Assembly: GCA_951406725.2 (NCBI GenBank)
Contig: OX597831.1
Location: 64,604,001 to 64,668,000 of the forward strand
Direction of reading: 5' to 3'
Length of the DNA stretch: 64,000 nt
Source: Octopus vulgaris
Lineage: Eukaryota
In this document: positions 52,101 to 64,000 of the stretch, piece by piece
Layout: every line of letters begins with the position of its first letter
Numbering within the stretch: position 1 is the stretch's first letter
Notes under the pieces: generated by a model
What the model was told of the DNA's origin: nothing
The model's database searches: none
The model's input: the letters and a program-made list of their open reading frames with translations, nothing else
Position numbers and translations under genes: made by a program

Positions 52101-55100
52101 ATACAGCAGCATTAATCTGGTTTCTAGGTGGGTGGTTTTACAGTCATTTTTTTTTTTATGACAAAATCGCAAAGAATATTTACCTTGTCCACTTCTGGAA
52201 CAGGAGCAGGTTCAGGACTAATGTCCTTGCTTTTGTCTCCTAATTTCTGATTATTTTGAGGATTGTGCTGATGCAACAACAAATCAAAGAGAATAGATGA
52301 ACCTGAAATTGTAGAATATGAGACATATTAGAATTAACTGGATTAGAGTAAGCAATGAATTAAATGGGAACGTTATCTTCATTATAATGAGGGTATAGAT
52401 ACTGAAGTGATGATTTCCATCTCTACATTCGGTTTTTAGATCTGACAAGGATCAAATATATTCTATATATATATATATGTAAGTCCTATGAAATAAATAT
52501 CAGGCATAACTGTAGTTGATTCAGTTAGCTATTCTCTTCCTTAGAAATTTATAGCCTTATGCTTCTACAAAACAATTATTATTACTACTACTAATACTAT
52601 TGCTATTGTTGAGAGAGAGAGAAATGCATGCCATTAAAGTGACACTGGGGTACAAATGTACAAAGCCCAATATACCCACATGACTACCCGTCTGATAAGG
52701 GTACACCAGGCACATGCATCACAACCATGTGTCTGCAATATAGTGATTTTGTATCAAGATAAACAGCACATGACCTTATTAGAATTTTCTTCAGGTCAAG
52801 TAGCCCATTCCACTCAAATGGTCCCTGAATAAGGGTTGTTTAAAGATGATGAATGAAACACCTGTTTCCAGAGGTGAATTATTCAAACCCTCAAAGAATT
52901 CCTCTCAGCACATGGCTATGATGCCTCCCCACTATTCCTGTTCATGATCAAAGATGCACATAACGTCAGCCACTAAGGGACATGCTCGACTGGTGAAGGT
53001 CAAGCACATCTGTGGTATTGGTCAGAATATTTACTGTAGCCCATCTTTTATACCAAGACAAAACATCAGAAGCCATGAGAGCTACTGCTTGGTACTGCAT
53101 CAGGGCATTTATCATCATCATTATTATTAAGAATGGCAGTGAGCTGGCAGAATTATTAGCACACCGGGCAAAATGCTTAGTGGTTTTTCACCTGTTTTTA
53201 TGTTCAATTTCCACCAAGATCAACTTTGCCTTTCATCCTTCCGGGGTTCATAAAATAAGTACTAGCTGAGCATTGGGGTCGATGCAATCAACTAGACAAC
53301 CTCCCCTGAACTTGCTGGCCTTGAGCCAAAATTTGAAATCGTCATTATTATTATAATTATATACATTACTAGCACTATGACCCGGCAAAACCGGGTCATA
53401 GTGCTAGTGCATGCATATACAGCTGCGTGCGTGCGCACATACACATGAGTACTGCCCAAATCTCCGACCAATCACATACAGCTAGCTGGCATTCAATTGG
53501 CGTATCAAGTTTTGGGCATTTTGATTGGGTTTTGGATAGAAAATTCACAAAAAAGTCACTTCTATTGATTTTTTAATGGCTTTGCAGGGTGACTGGGGAA
53601 ATGTAAAGATGTGCACGACCACCCTTGGACGATTTTGAATGTCCATAGAAAGTACGAGCCCTCTAACTGAAAAATTGTGGATTAGTATAAAGGATAGACA
53701 CACACATTTTGCCATTTATATATATAGATCAATATATAGGTATTATAAACATTACATAAAATATTTCAGTATTACCAACATTACATACAATATTTTGGTT
53801 TTACATATAATTATATTGACAGAACATTCCTCTAATGATTAACAAATAGTCAAAATGTTTTCTTCTTCTTAATCCTATGTGTCACAGTCACATAAATCAC
53901 ATACTGAAGGATTATATCAACTGTTGTCTCACAAGTTGAGAGACAACAGAACTGTTGTTGATGTAATACAAAAACTTGATATGAAGAAATGAGATTGTTA
54001 TTGTAAAGTTAATAGAACACTAACCTAAGCTATGCCCAGATACTGACACAGTTCCTTTGAAAGTAGGGTTTCTCGATAAAAATAATTCATAGAGACGATT
54101 AATTTCAGAACCAACAGTATCACACATTGTCTGTAAAAAAGAAAAAGAAAAAGAAAAAAGAAAAATATCACAATTTATGATGACAAGATCTAGTCGGATA
54201 CTTTGGACCCAATTATTTCATCATGCCCACACACTTTAATCCTTTTGTAAATATGTAAACCCTTTTGTTACCACACTTCTGTTGAACTACATTGCATTTG
54301 GTTTAGTTAATTTTGAAAATAATAAAGAATTTTGTAAAGTATCAGTCAGTACTAAGCTGGTATTCAAACATAAATTAACGAGGAATTTTAATGGGAAATT
54401 TTAATTTATCTCACTTTATATAGAAAAAGTGTATCATAGCAGGGTTGGTACCAAAAGTGTTAATAAAAACAAATATAATTACACTTAACTCTCAAACAGT
54501 TACTGCTACAACAAATAATCTTAAATAGAAAAATATAGAAATCAGTTTGAGAGTCATTGTGAGAGGCGATGTTAAATGAAAGGTTTGTAATTCAGATTTG
54601 TGATATTAATCAGCAAAAGGAATATATTTACCTGACAGTATTTGGGGCTGGTATAAAACAAAATATCTAACAATGTATCATTGATAAATTGCCGAAGCTT
54701 CTGCGTGCTTGGAAGGGTTATTGCTTTCAGTTGACTGAAGAGAAAGAAATTGAGAGTTAAATACAAGTCAAAAAGGGGTGAAATGTTAACAGGATAATCA
54801 GATCCAACACACTCTACCATCACCTTTTCTGTACTACCAGTTATCACACACACACACACACACACATACTCACATACTCTCTCTCTCTCTTTCCAGAAAT
54901 ATTTGTTACTGACATCCATCACTCTCTCTTATTCCCCATCAATCTCTCTAACCCCAGTCACAATGCTCCAGCCACCATACCCTTGCTCATTTCACCCACT
55001 CATCCTGGTTCTTCTATCATCTCTCTCTCTCTCTCTCTCTTATTCACATTGCCTAGAAGGAACTGAAACACTGCTGAGTACTAGCTAGGACTATAGTAGG

Positions 55101-58100
55101 AATAATCAGCCATCACCTGAAGTCATGATTTGCTAGAATATTAACCCACACGATCAACAAAATCTGACCAATCACACCTTCATATTGAATAGACTCTAGT
55201 GATGATTTCATTTTTTGGTGTGCTTCCTTCTGAGCCTATCATCATCATCATCATCATTTAACGTCCGCTTTCCGTGCTAGCACAGGTTGGACGGTTCGAC
55301 CGGGGTCTGGGAAGCCAGGAGGCTGCACCAGGCTTCAGTCTGATCTGGCAGTGTTTCTACAGCTGGATGCCCTTCCTAACACCAACCACTCTGTGAGTGT
55401 AGTGGGTGCTTTTTACATACCACCGGCACAGGTGCCAGGGGAGGCTGGCAACGGACACGATCAGTTGGTGCTTTTTACGTGCCACCGGCACAGAAGCCAG
55501 TCAAGGTGGTGCTGGCATCGGCCACGTTCGGATGGTGCTTTTTACGTGCCACCGGCACAGAAGCCAGTCAAGGCGGTGCTGGCATCGGCCATGTTCGGAT
55601 GGTGCTTTTTAATTGCCACCGGCACAGAAGCCAGTCAAGGTGGTGCTGGCATCGGCCACGTTCGGATGGTGCTTTTTACATGCCACCGGCACAGAAGCCA
55701 GTCAAGGTGGTGCTGGCATCGGCCACGTTCGGATGGTGCTTTTTACATGCCACCGGCACAGAAGCCAGTCAAGGTGGTGCTGGCATCGGCCACGTTTGGA
55801 TGGTGCTTTTTACGTGCCACCGGCACAGAAGCCAGTCAAGGTGGTGCTGGCATCGGCCACGTTCAGATGATGCTTTTTACGTGCCACCGACACAGGTATC
55901 ACAACTAGTAGTATCACAATCAGTATAAATTTGACATACCATAACTACTAGACAGAGAGCTTTGACAGAGATGATAGGTGGCCAACAGAGATGGCAGACA
56001 ACAGCTGACAACACAAAAGCAATGAACAGTCAGAAGACAAAAAACATTAGACGTCAGTAGCACAGTGAGCAGCTAACTACAAGAACAATAACATTCAAAA
56101 CTCTCTCAATGTTTTGTCATTTGTAGTAACAACATTTGTTTTTTGTGCATGAAAAGAATAAAAGTTTGTTGATCAAAAATTGCAATGGATTTCAGTGTTC
56201 TTCATACAGGACTCTTTAGTTTTGTATGTACAAGGCAACTTTAACAGGACTGTTACCATGATAAACTGCAGCCACTACACACTGTAATGTTGCTGGTAAA
56301 TGAATAGAAACAACACAAGTTCAAGAGGACCCTTTATTCTGGTCAAAGACATTTCTCTAGTGTTGATGCTATGAGGAACTGTACCCGGTATGTACTGTAA
56401 AGTGATGGTGTCAGGAAGGGCACAGCAAAAGTGTTAAGGCTGCTCCCCCCACCCCCTGATGAAGAGGATTGGCTTGAAAGAGCCCTGTGCCAGTGTCACA
56501 TAAAAAACACTTATGCTGGTGCTACGTTCAAAACCCCTAGCACTACACTGTAAAGTTGTTGGCATTAGGAAGGGCATCCACTTGTAGAAACCAAGCGAAA
56601 TCAAACTGGAACCTGGTGCAGCTCTCCGGCTTACCAGCTCTGGTTAAAATGTCCAACTCATGCCAGCATAGAAAACAGATAATGATGATGATAATGAGAG
56701 CAGTAATTCTGAATTTGAACTAACTCAGAACATGACAACCTGTCTACTCATGCTAGTATGGAAAGCAGACATAAAAATGATAAGATAAACCAATGCACTA
56801 AAGCCAATAGAGGAAGTTTTATACGGGGTGGTTTGAGTTATGATAAATAGCAGGTAAATTTATTTCAAATCCCTTTTCTGACAAAACCTATGAGATGTGT
56901 GCCTGCAAAAATGACATGATGATTAGAGCTAATCTAGAATTAAACAACAATAGCAACAATTAAACAAAATCATATAGTTCATAAAGAAGCCTGTTTGAGG
57001 TTGTTCAAGCTGCAAGAAATAGCAGTCAAATCTCACTCAAAACACATTCTATTATTTTAAAAATGAAAAGTTACATTCGATAATGTTTGTCCTGCTTACA
57101 TTACACATGATAAAAGATAAGGTGGCTAGACTAAAATGTCTTTCGATTTGCTCGATCAAGGAGCCAAATGACAGAAAAACTACACACTTGTTCAAAGGAG
57201 ATTTGCAGTAAATACTTCCCAAGTGCAATATCAAAATTTAATTCAAAATCCTTGTAAAATTAGATTCTATTTAATATTGAACACTAAACTCTGCTTGCGA
57301 AGACCTGTTGAGGCAAGTTCAAATCGAAATCAAAATCAAAGTGAAATTTGATGACGGGCACGAGTACCATGCGAGCATGATTGTTGACAGAGCAGCTAAC
57401 CGGCTTCCATGCCGGTGGCATATAGGAGGCACCATTTGAGCGGGATCGTTATCAGCATCGCCTTACTGGCACCTGTGCTGTTGGCATGTGTAAAGAATTC
57501 GAGCGAGGTCGTTGCCAGTACCGCCTGACTGGCCCCCGTGCCGGTGGCACGTAAAAGCACCCACTACACTCTCGGAGTGGTTGGCGTTAGGAAGGGCATC
57601 CAGCTGTAGAAACTCTGTCAGATCAAGAGTGGAGCCTGGTGCAGCCATCTGGTTTGCCAGCCCACAGTCAAACCGTCCAACCCATGCTAGCATGGAAAGC
57701 GGACGTTAAACAACGATGATGATGATGATTGCACATACCATTAATTCAGCATTAGAAAGAAACAAACCCAAGCACTTACTTATCTATGCCAGTAGCTTCA
57801 CTGTGCAATGCAGAATGCCAATAAACTGGCAGGTATTCAACACGACCAACATAGCCTGATTTAAGGCCTTCACTGAAGTGAGATTGCAATAAGGTCTGTG
57901 AAATTGAACGGAAGTCATCGACTGAAGGAAAAAGAAAAAATGTGATCAATTCAACTGTGATTAATTAAACTAGACATCACTTAACAAATCAACATTTTGC
58001 CTGATCGTAAATACAATTAGAAATGAGAATTTATCAGCAATTTATATGGAGTGACTTTACATTAAGGAGTGGAACATACAATTTTCTGTAAATCGTACTT

Positions 58101-60279
58101 TCTCATGATCCCAGTAGACAATGGAAAAAGCTCTGCCCCAGAATATGGCAGGGGAAATGCGGTGGGACAACTACTCTGACTCATGGGGCTTGCGCTTGCA
58201 GATAGCCATCACCACCCCAATAGTGGTGAGCAGGGATATGGTCCAGCAGCCAAGAACGTGAGAGGCCTCCACTGCCACAGGTATAATTAATCAAACTTGT
58301 TTGATTACATTTGAACTTCAGAAAAATGTAGCAAATGTCATTATTACAAACACAAAAAAATTAGTGAAGTAACTATTAACTAAAAAAGCAATATTACTTA
58401 CCGCATTCGACAATACTGCGGAAGCGTATATCACAAACAGGTCCAATGCCATGAACTATAAACACAAGATGATCAATTTTCCCAGTTTCACCTGAAAAGG
58501 ACGTAAGAAGAAATAATTGAAACTCATAAAATTCCTTAAATAGCCTGAAAATTCATCAAACCTACAACACCTTGGGTACAAGAGAATAAAATTTTGAAAC
58601 AAAAGGAAAAAAGAAAACAATGAGCACATCAGGCACGTAAAAAGTACCATCCGATCGTGGCCGTTGCCAGCCTCGCCTGGCCTCCATGCCGGTGGCAAGT
58701 AAAAAGCACCATCCGATCGTGGCCGTTTGCCAGCCTCGTCTGGCACCTGTGCTGGTGGCACGTAAAAAGCACCCACTACACTCACGGAGTGGTTGGCGTT
58801 AGGAAGGTCATCCAGCCGTAGAAACATTGCCAGATCAGACTGGGCCTGGTGCAGCCTTCTGGCTTCCCAGACCCCAGTTGAACCGTCCAACCCATGCTGG
58901 CATGGAAAACGGATGCTAAACGATGATGATGATATCACCATGATCGACCAGGCTATCAGATGTTGCTACACGTCGCTGGTCACAATGTGCTTCGCATTGT
59001 TTTAGCCTTCAAATGACGCCACCCCGCTGGCTAAGTGAGCAGGCCAACAGAAGAGTGAAAGTTGTGGCAAAAGAGTACAGCAGGGATCGCCACCAGCCCC
59101 TGCTGGAGCCATGTGGAGCTTATGGTGTTTTCGCTCAATAAACACTCACAACGCCCGGTCTGGGAATCGAAACTGTGATCCTACAACCGCGAGTCCACTG
59201 CCCTAACCACTGGGCCATTGCACCTCTACATATATATATATATATATACATATATGTTATTCTACAATTTAAATAAGTTATTGTTATTTTGTTTTGCAAT
59301 TTACTTAATCTTTGACATTTTATTGCTATTTTAATGTTAATATTTCTATTATATGTAATTTTCTAGATGGTGTAATTTAATTGTTCATTTTGAATTGATA
59401 AAAGGTGTTTTTTTTTCTATTTTTCTAATTTATATATATATATATATATATAGCACTTAGGTTTTGCAAGACTAATAACCTGGTATAGAACTCAATACAC
59501 GTATTCTTCAGAACAAAGCGCTAGTCGAATACAAAGTAGTACTAAGAAAATGTGATGACAAACAAATAAACGATTATCTTATGAATTTCATTATTACCTT
59601 ACAGTTGTTTCTGCTATAAGATGCAGCGGACTCGTAGTTGAGTGCTTGGGCCAACACCTTATAGTTTCACTGGAGCCTCAAAAATTAAATGCAATCAGTC
59701 CACTACATCATATAGCAGAAATAGCTTTAAGGTAATAAAGTTCATAAAATAATCATCTATTCCTTTGTCATCTCATTTTCTTTATATATATATATATATA
59801 TATATAATTGAATAAGGGTAGAAATTGATATTAATCAATTAAAACCAGTGGCCTAGCATATTAAAAAAATCTGAAGATTAAAATATTTTTTACAAACAAA
59901 ATTTAAAGGACTGACCACTAAAAGTGGACGGTTGCTATTTTCCACGAAGAATGTGTTCTCAAGAAAAGACTCAGCACAAAACCAAAGTGTAAAAAATAAG
60001 CAAATGAAAATATACGAAATCAAAAACGATTTTTGATTTCGTATATTTTCTTTTTTTTTATCTAGTTTCAGCTCACGAGCTGTGGCCATGCTGGGGCACC
60101 GCTGTATATTTTCATTTCGTTTTTGATTTCATATATTTTCATTTGTCTTGCTTATTTTTTACACTTTGGTTTTGTGCTGAGTTTTTTCTTGAGAACACAT
60201 TCTTCGTGGAAAATAGCGATTTTGATGTCTATATCTAGCATATTGACCGTCCACTTTTAGTGGTCAGTTCTTTAAATTT

Positions 60280-60317
<38 letters not shown>

Positions 60318-62641
60318 CAGAGGTGGGCACTGTTAATTGAAAAGTTAACTTCGTTAATCTGTTAATTCTTTGAAAATGTAACAGAAACTAACGTTAATCC
60401 ATTAACATTAACTTTTATTGAAAAAAAGGCATAACTACAGTTTAATACCCCATTGACTTTGTTGCCTCATAACTTCCTGAAAGATGGATACTTTTTAACA
60501 AAACTTTCACCAAACAATCGCTTATATCCTGTAGATCGAGTATATGTGAAAATTTGATGGAAAAAAAATTTTTTGAGGGGTTGGGGTGAGGAGTTTCCCC
60601 CTTCATAACTTTCTGGAAAATGGGGTTTTTTTCAATGAAATTTTATACAAATACCTTTCAAATGGTGGAGATTACAATTACAAAGAAATTTGCAGGCAAA
60701 ATTTTAGGAAGGGGGGCAGGGGAAGGAGTTTCTGGATCAGACAGCCCACATAAGCTGGAATTTCTCCACTTTGATGGGAATTTTTACCAATATTTTTCAC
60801 CAAAGTCTTCAGAATGATGGTAGGGCATCTTTTCACATAAAAAAAAAAATTGGGAAAATTTTTTCACTCCCACAACCCCCTCACCACCCCAGTCAAACGA
60901 TTTTGTCCATTTTTTTTTTTTCTCACTACACACTTAAAACCCTTGAGAGAAAATATTTAGTTTTAAAAGAAATTTTAATGATTTCAGAGGAAAATTGAGT
61001 GATTTAAGGGAGATCTGGTTGTTGTTTCTAGCACATCCCAAAACCTCCCACCTCGTTTCTGTCTCACTCACATATCTACTGATATTTTTCAATCTTTTTC
61101 TCGGTGGGCTGGAAGAATCGTTAGCATGCTACGTAAAATGCTTAGCAGTATTTCATCTGCTTTACGTTCTGAGTTCACATTCCACCGAGGTCAACTTTAC
61201 CCTTCATCCTTTCGAAGTTGATTAAATAAGTTCCAGTTATGCACTGGGGTCGACGTAATCAACTTAATCATTTTGTTTGTCCTTGATTATATCCTCTATG
61301 TTTAGCCCCCTGTGGGCAATAAAGAAATAAATATTTTTCTTCCCATAAACAAATTTTATGGAATGATGATGCCAAAGTTACACACGTGTAGTCCCAACTG
61401 AGGGAGGCCATGTTCTGTGTGTAAGAAAAAATAAACACCTAAAAACATCTTTAGTATTCATATTAATGTCAAATGTAATGCTTATTTGTTCATGTTATTT
61501 TGAATTATTCAGGTTCAAGAGAAGTGTCCACAATATCTACTTGAAACTTAGTAAATGTTCTACATACAGATTTGAAATTTTATCAGTGGGTGCTTTATAT
61601 ACCACTCATTTATAGTTATGTAACTTTAGCTGATCTTGCTGAGTAAATTTGACTTTTATGGGCAGGTAAATTTAATTAACAGGTGTAAAAGCATTAACAT
61701 TATGGATAAACACTAAAATTGAAATTCTTAATGCATCTTACTTGTTTGATTTGTTACTAAAATTATTTCAGATGGCAACCGACAAAAATTTTGCCACTTT
61801 TCAAGATGGGGTAAATGAATTTGAATTGATTAAAATACAGCTATAATCGGGACAAGATTTTATTTTTTCGGTAAATATTTTGTACCTCGGTGTGGAATAA
61901 TTTTTCCACAGTTTTTTTCAGGTGCATTCAACCTATCTGACCTCCAAACATGCCACAAGCCACTTTTTTTCTGGAAAAGAAAGGTGGGATGGGTGGAGAC
62001 CTCAAAGTTTCCCACCAAGGGTGTTTCGTTTTGCGGGTCTTTTTACCAACATTTTTCCTTCCATTTATTTTTTCCATTTTATGGAAGTCAATATTTTCTC
62101 TGCTGACATCCACCTCAGCAAGGTGAAAACACATCAATCACTGTTCCCTCTTGACAGGACAAAGAAATTTTCCGCTGTCTTTGCAAGCAACAAGCAGGTG
62201 AATTTGGTTTCAAATCCAGGCAGGGCCAAACAAGGTCCTACAAGTTACTTATAATAAGTGGCGTTATATTGGGGTTGAAAGAATGGCGCGTACAATATAA
62301 AATATGCTAAGACAATCTGTAAACAATACAAAACTTTTAAACGTTTACCAGTTTTTATGAAATTTTTGGGTTAACGAATTCGAGTTAACGGAAGCTAAAT
62401 GTAGCATAAGTTAATTAGTTCAATAATGATTTTCAAAGTTAACTTAAAAGTTAATTCGTTAATGAAAATGTTAACTTCATTAATTAATGGCTAACAGAAT
62501 TACGCCCAGCTCTCTCTCTCTCTTTCTCATATATATATATATATATAATGGTAGATAGTAAGAAAAATATTGTTCACCATCATATACTGTAGCAAAGTCT
62601 TCAATTCCTCTTTTAACTACACGTGGTCTCATTTGTTCACC
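35843..62641 (-). CDS. SEC23IP: SEC23-interacting protein / DDHD2-like intracellular phospholipase A1, 5'-partial, 15 exons in window
   Basis: The spliced protein has [40 protein letters not shown], the GHSLG lipase motif, a SAM domain ([10 protein letters not shown]), FFALGSPIG and a DDHD domain ([34 protein letters not shown]). Phases are consistent throughout. Likely co-orthologue of vertebrate SEC23IP and DDHD2. Confidence 0.92.
38356..38494 (-). CDS. SEC23IP: SEC23IP/DDHD exon ([35 protein letters not shown])
   Basis: tttcag| and |gtaagt, phase 1->2. Confidence 0.95.
38582..38996 (-). mobile_element. Same MITE family, full length
   Basis: Both TIRs present; perfect 8-bp TSD AAATAAAC. 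Confidence 0.85.
39923..40087. repeat. 165-bp near-perfect intronic palindrome
   Basis: TAGAGTGGTTGTATAAAGTCAACATAA..CTAGGAAGC-ATCGAC-GCTTCCTAG..TTATGTTGACTTTATACAATCACTCTA. Confidence 0.85.
40164..40361 (-). CDS. SEC23IP: SEC23IP/DDHD exon ([34 protein letters not shown]...)
   Basis: tttcag| and |gtaagt, phase 1->1. Confidence 0.92.
40676..40871. repeat. (ATT/ATC)n microsatellite
   Basis: Seen directly. Confidence 0.9.
42005..42390 (-). mobile_element. tRNA-derived CORE-like SINE with an internal (CA)/(TA) microsatellite
   Basis: Head gtggctgtgtggtaag..ggttcagtccc, CCTTGGGCAAGT core motif. Other copies at ~16348-16750, 18690-19088, 34645-35148, 41480-41835, 43155-43397, 51710-52070. Confidence 0.8.
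42414..42639. mobile_element. TTAA-flanked MITE (piggyBac-like); related copies at ~19615-19841 and 28953-29129
   Basis: TTAA|CCCTTTAG ... CTAAAGGG|TTAA termini. Confidence 0.65.
43661..43754 (-). CDS. SEC23IP: SEC23IP/DDHD exon (AYRIEPLV...[15 protein letters not shown])
   Basis: ttgtag| and |gtgagt, phase 0->1. Confidence 0.93.
45029..45040 (-). CDS. SEC23IP: 12-nt microexon encoding FDSV (first Asp of the DDHD motif)
   Basis: - strand reads tcttcag|TTTGATTCTGTG|gtaagt. It fills exactly the 4-residue gap between FNIFHP and AYRIEP (family consensus HP-xDPV-AYRIEP). Confidence 0.88.
46114..46333 (-). CDS. SEC23IP: SEC23IP/DDHD exon, start of DDHD domain ([28 protein letters not shown])
   Basis: tcttag| and |gtaagt, phase 2->0. 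Confidence 0.93.
46433..46921 (+). mobile_element. RTE-like LINE 3' end
   Basis: [34 protein letters not shown], (TGA)n tail. Confidence 0.8.
46981..47431. mobile_element. Penelope-like relic with inverted terminal arms
   Basis: About 120-bp inverted arms; the spacer translates on - to [19 protein letters not shown], similar to the Penelope GIY-YIG C-terminus. Confidence 0.55.
47772..48147 (+). mobile_element. 376-bp non-autonomous RTE-derived retroposon with structured 5' head (candidate HDV-like ribozyme)
   Basis: Perfect 10-bp TSD ATTTCCTTCC (47762-47771, 48148-48157); CAAGTACAAGTAAGTA tail; head motif GAGCTATGCCGTC..TAGGGCCACC resembles RTE/BovB 5' UTRs as I recall them. Confidence 0.75.
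48317..48414 (-). CDS. SEC23IP: SEC23IP/DDHD exon, charged coiled-coil-like linker ([27 protein letters not shown])
   Basis: gtatag| and |gtgagt; phase 0->2 is required to join the next exon. Confidence 0.85.
49228..49317 (-). CDS. SEC23IP: SEC23IP/DDHD exon, SAM domain C-half ([23 protein letters not shown])
   Basis: ttctag| and |gtcaga, 90 nt, phase 0. Confidence 0.9.
49570..50060 (+). mobile_element. CR1-type LINE 3' fragment
   Basis: [38 protein letters not shown], followed by the tail ggcggtgccccagcatggcc. Confidence 0.75.
50785..50904 (-). CDS. SEC23IP: SEC23IP/DDHD exon, SAM domain N-half ([28 protein letters not shown])
   Basis: ttttaag| and |gtgaga, 120 nt, phase 0. Confidence 0.88.
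52184..52302 (-). CDS. SEC23IP: SEC23IP/DDHD exon ([11 protein letters not shown]...PEVDK)
   Basis: tttcag| and |gtaaat, phase 1->0. Confidence 0.9.
53369..53728 (-). mobile_element. Non-autonomous Helitron-type element, second family (truncated copy at ~15951-16290)
   Basis: 5' TC and 3' CTAG termini on -, A/T insertion site, terminal hairpin. Confidence 0.7.
54025..54130 (-). CDS. SEC23IP: SEC23IP/DDHD exon with lipase GxSxG motif (...[13 protein letters not shown])
   Basis: ttacag| and |gttagt, phase 0->1. Confidence 0.93.
54632..54734 (-). CDS. SEC23IP: SEC23IP/DDHD exon ([34 protein letters not shown])
   Basis: cttcag| and |gtaaat, phase 2->0. Confidence 0.93.
55237..55905 (-). mobile_element. 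RTE-tail-type repeat with an internal 67-bp tandem array (about 6 units)
   Basis: Same family as 20128-20850. Confidence 0.8.
57780..57921 (-). CDS. SEC23IP: SEC23IP/DDHD exon ([15 protein letters not shown]...[15 protein letters not shown])
   Basis: cttcag| and |gtaagt, phase 1->2. Confidence 0.93.
58402..58491 (-). CDS. SEC23IP: SEC23IP/DDHD exon ([29 protein letters not shown])
   Basis: tttcag| and |gtaagt, HGIG motif. Confidence 0.93.
59545..59780. repeat. Degenerate inverted repeat
   Basis: TTATTACCTTACAGTTGTTTCTGCTATA pairs with TATAGCAGAAATAGCTTTAAGGTAATAA. Confidence 0.65.
59897..60282. repeat. Long inverted repeat with a short retroposon tail inserted near the centre
   Basis: Arms ACAAAATTTAAAGGACTGACCACTAAAAGTGGACGG.. 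/ ..CCGTCCACTTTTAGTGGTCAGTTCTTTAAATTTTGT. Confidence 0.8.
60318..62513. mobile_element. Possible hAT-like non-autonomous element containing a nested SINE
   Basis: Imperfect termini CAGAGGTGGGC / GCCCAGCTCT with clustered GTTAAC/CGTTAA subterminal motifs at both ends; no TSD resolvable. Confidence 0.45.
62578..62641 (-). CDS. SEC23IP: SEC23IP/DDHD exon ([21 protein letters not shown])
   Basis: ctttag| and |gtgaac on the - strand, phase 0->1. Confidence 0.88.
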
Positions 62642-63730
62642 CTAAAGAGATAAAGGAAAAAATGACAGCTTTGATAAAGTTATACAAGACTGTTTCCTAA
62701 ATTCTATTAAAGTGTGTGTGAATGTTTTATGTATATAAAAATGTAAATGTAAATATATGTATGCATAAATGTGTGTGTGTGTATAAATCTATATGTGCAT
62801 CTGTATTCTTAAATAACTGCTTTGCTTTGTTCCTTTTCCTTTAACACAAGAGTACACTAAGTTGATTATGTAAATAAGGTGAATTCTTATGGATTAAGCC
62901 TGTTGTTTACAGATCAATTTCATTCAGCCAATAACTTCGGATATATCTATCTTTCTAGACTAGCACTGAAGTATTTTGGTCTCTAGCCAAGAATCCCAGT
63001 AGCCACAAGTACAAACGGCAAGTCAAAACTTGATATAAATCCATAAACTCTTGGACAGCTTATTATTTGCCCATAGACATTCTCCATGTCATTTAGTTTA
63101 TATCCGCTAGAGAACTAAATTTCATTGCAGGGAATACTTTTTCCCCTCCTACACAGGAATCTCCTAATTTGTTTTAGCATTGAGGCAGCTGTAACCCATT
63201 AATACTCATCACATAAAAGCCTCCCAAACTAAGTCTACCTTTGTATTACATACAGTGTTTATGCTTTGTTAATATATTTGGACAGCTTATTATTAATTTG
63301 GGTCACATCTTCAACATCCCCTCAGTAACAAATAGCTTCCAAATTTCTAAGACAGGATTCAAAACCGAATCTACATTTTCCTACAAGTTCTCTTCCTATA
63401 GTTCTTGCCAGTAACACTAGGAAATTCATGAGAGTTAACTGTGATCTACAACCTTTTCATGTCATACATGGGTCAAAGCTGGTACAGAGGAAAAAATATT
63501 TCATTTAGCCCGACCTAATTTGGTTAGAATGGAAATAAATAATCAACCTCAAGTCAGTTTTCTCTCTTTAGTCACCCAGCCCCAGGTCAAAGAGCATCAC
63601 TGCTTCTCCTCATATGGCTCTCTTGTTCTTACTCTCTTTAGCAGTCCTCCACAGATGAAGCTTACGTATGGAACGGGCTATATAACTAACGATAATTTGT
63701 GCACTACAACAACTCAAAGTAGTTGTAACT

Positions 63731-64000
63731 TCATCATCATCATTGTTCGACCGTGGTCGAGACAATGGAATTTACTATGCTACGCCAGACTTCACGGTCC
63801 ATCATAGAATTACGGAGGTGCTGTTGATGGATGCCTGTATCCCTGGAGATTACATCAGGGTAGGAGAGTGTGCGCCCTCTGGTATCGCGAGTAGATGGCT
63901 TCCAGAGGAGAAGAGTAGAAATTGCCTCGTTTTCAGCTCTAGAACAATGTCCAGCAAACTGGACTCTCCTACCTTTCACAAGAGATGACACAGGTGGTAG
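63731..64000 (-). mobile_element. RTE-like LINE 3' end, same family as 46433-46921 (runs off the window)
   Basis: Near-identical translation [16 protein letters not shown] and (TGA)n tail. Confidence 0.8.

Noticed and set aside
61922-62254. 110-aa ORF and nearby splice-like signals inside the putative hAT-like element
   Set aside because: No recognisable domain or transposase motif in the frames I read.

Overview
AT-rich, repeat-dense animal genomic DNA. The SINE, LINE and MITE families look like those of a coleoid cephalopod, probably Octopus; this is an inference from repeat types. The window holds the 3' parts of two convergent, intron-rich genes, rebuilt by hand from GT-AG boundaries with consistent phases. 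(1) A + strand protrudin (ZFYVE27) orthologue: 9 exons, 989-24858, hydrophobic membrane segments, an acidic FFAT-like region and a C-terminal FYVE domain. (2) A - strand SEC23IP/DDHD2-type intracellular phospholipase A1: 15 exons, 62641-35843, with the GHSLG lipase motif, SAM and DDHD domains and a proline-rich repeat tail. One exon is a 12-nt microexon carrying the first Asp of the DDHD motif. Both genes start outside the window. Introns and intergenic DNA carry tRNA-derived SINEs, RTE/CR1/CRE/Penelope relics, mariner, Helitron-type, piggyBac-like and 8-bp-TSD MITEs, and simple repeats. The most notable non-coding items are a TSD-flanked 376-bp non-coding retroposon that begins exactly at a candidate HDV-like ribozyme, a head-to-head palindromic tRNA-headed element with a hammerhead core, and several long intronic inverted repeats. 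Repeat boundaries without TSDs are approximate.
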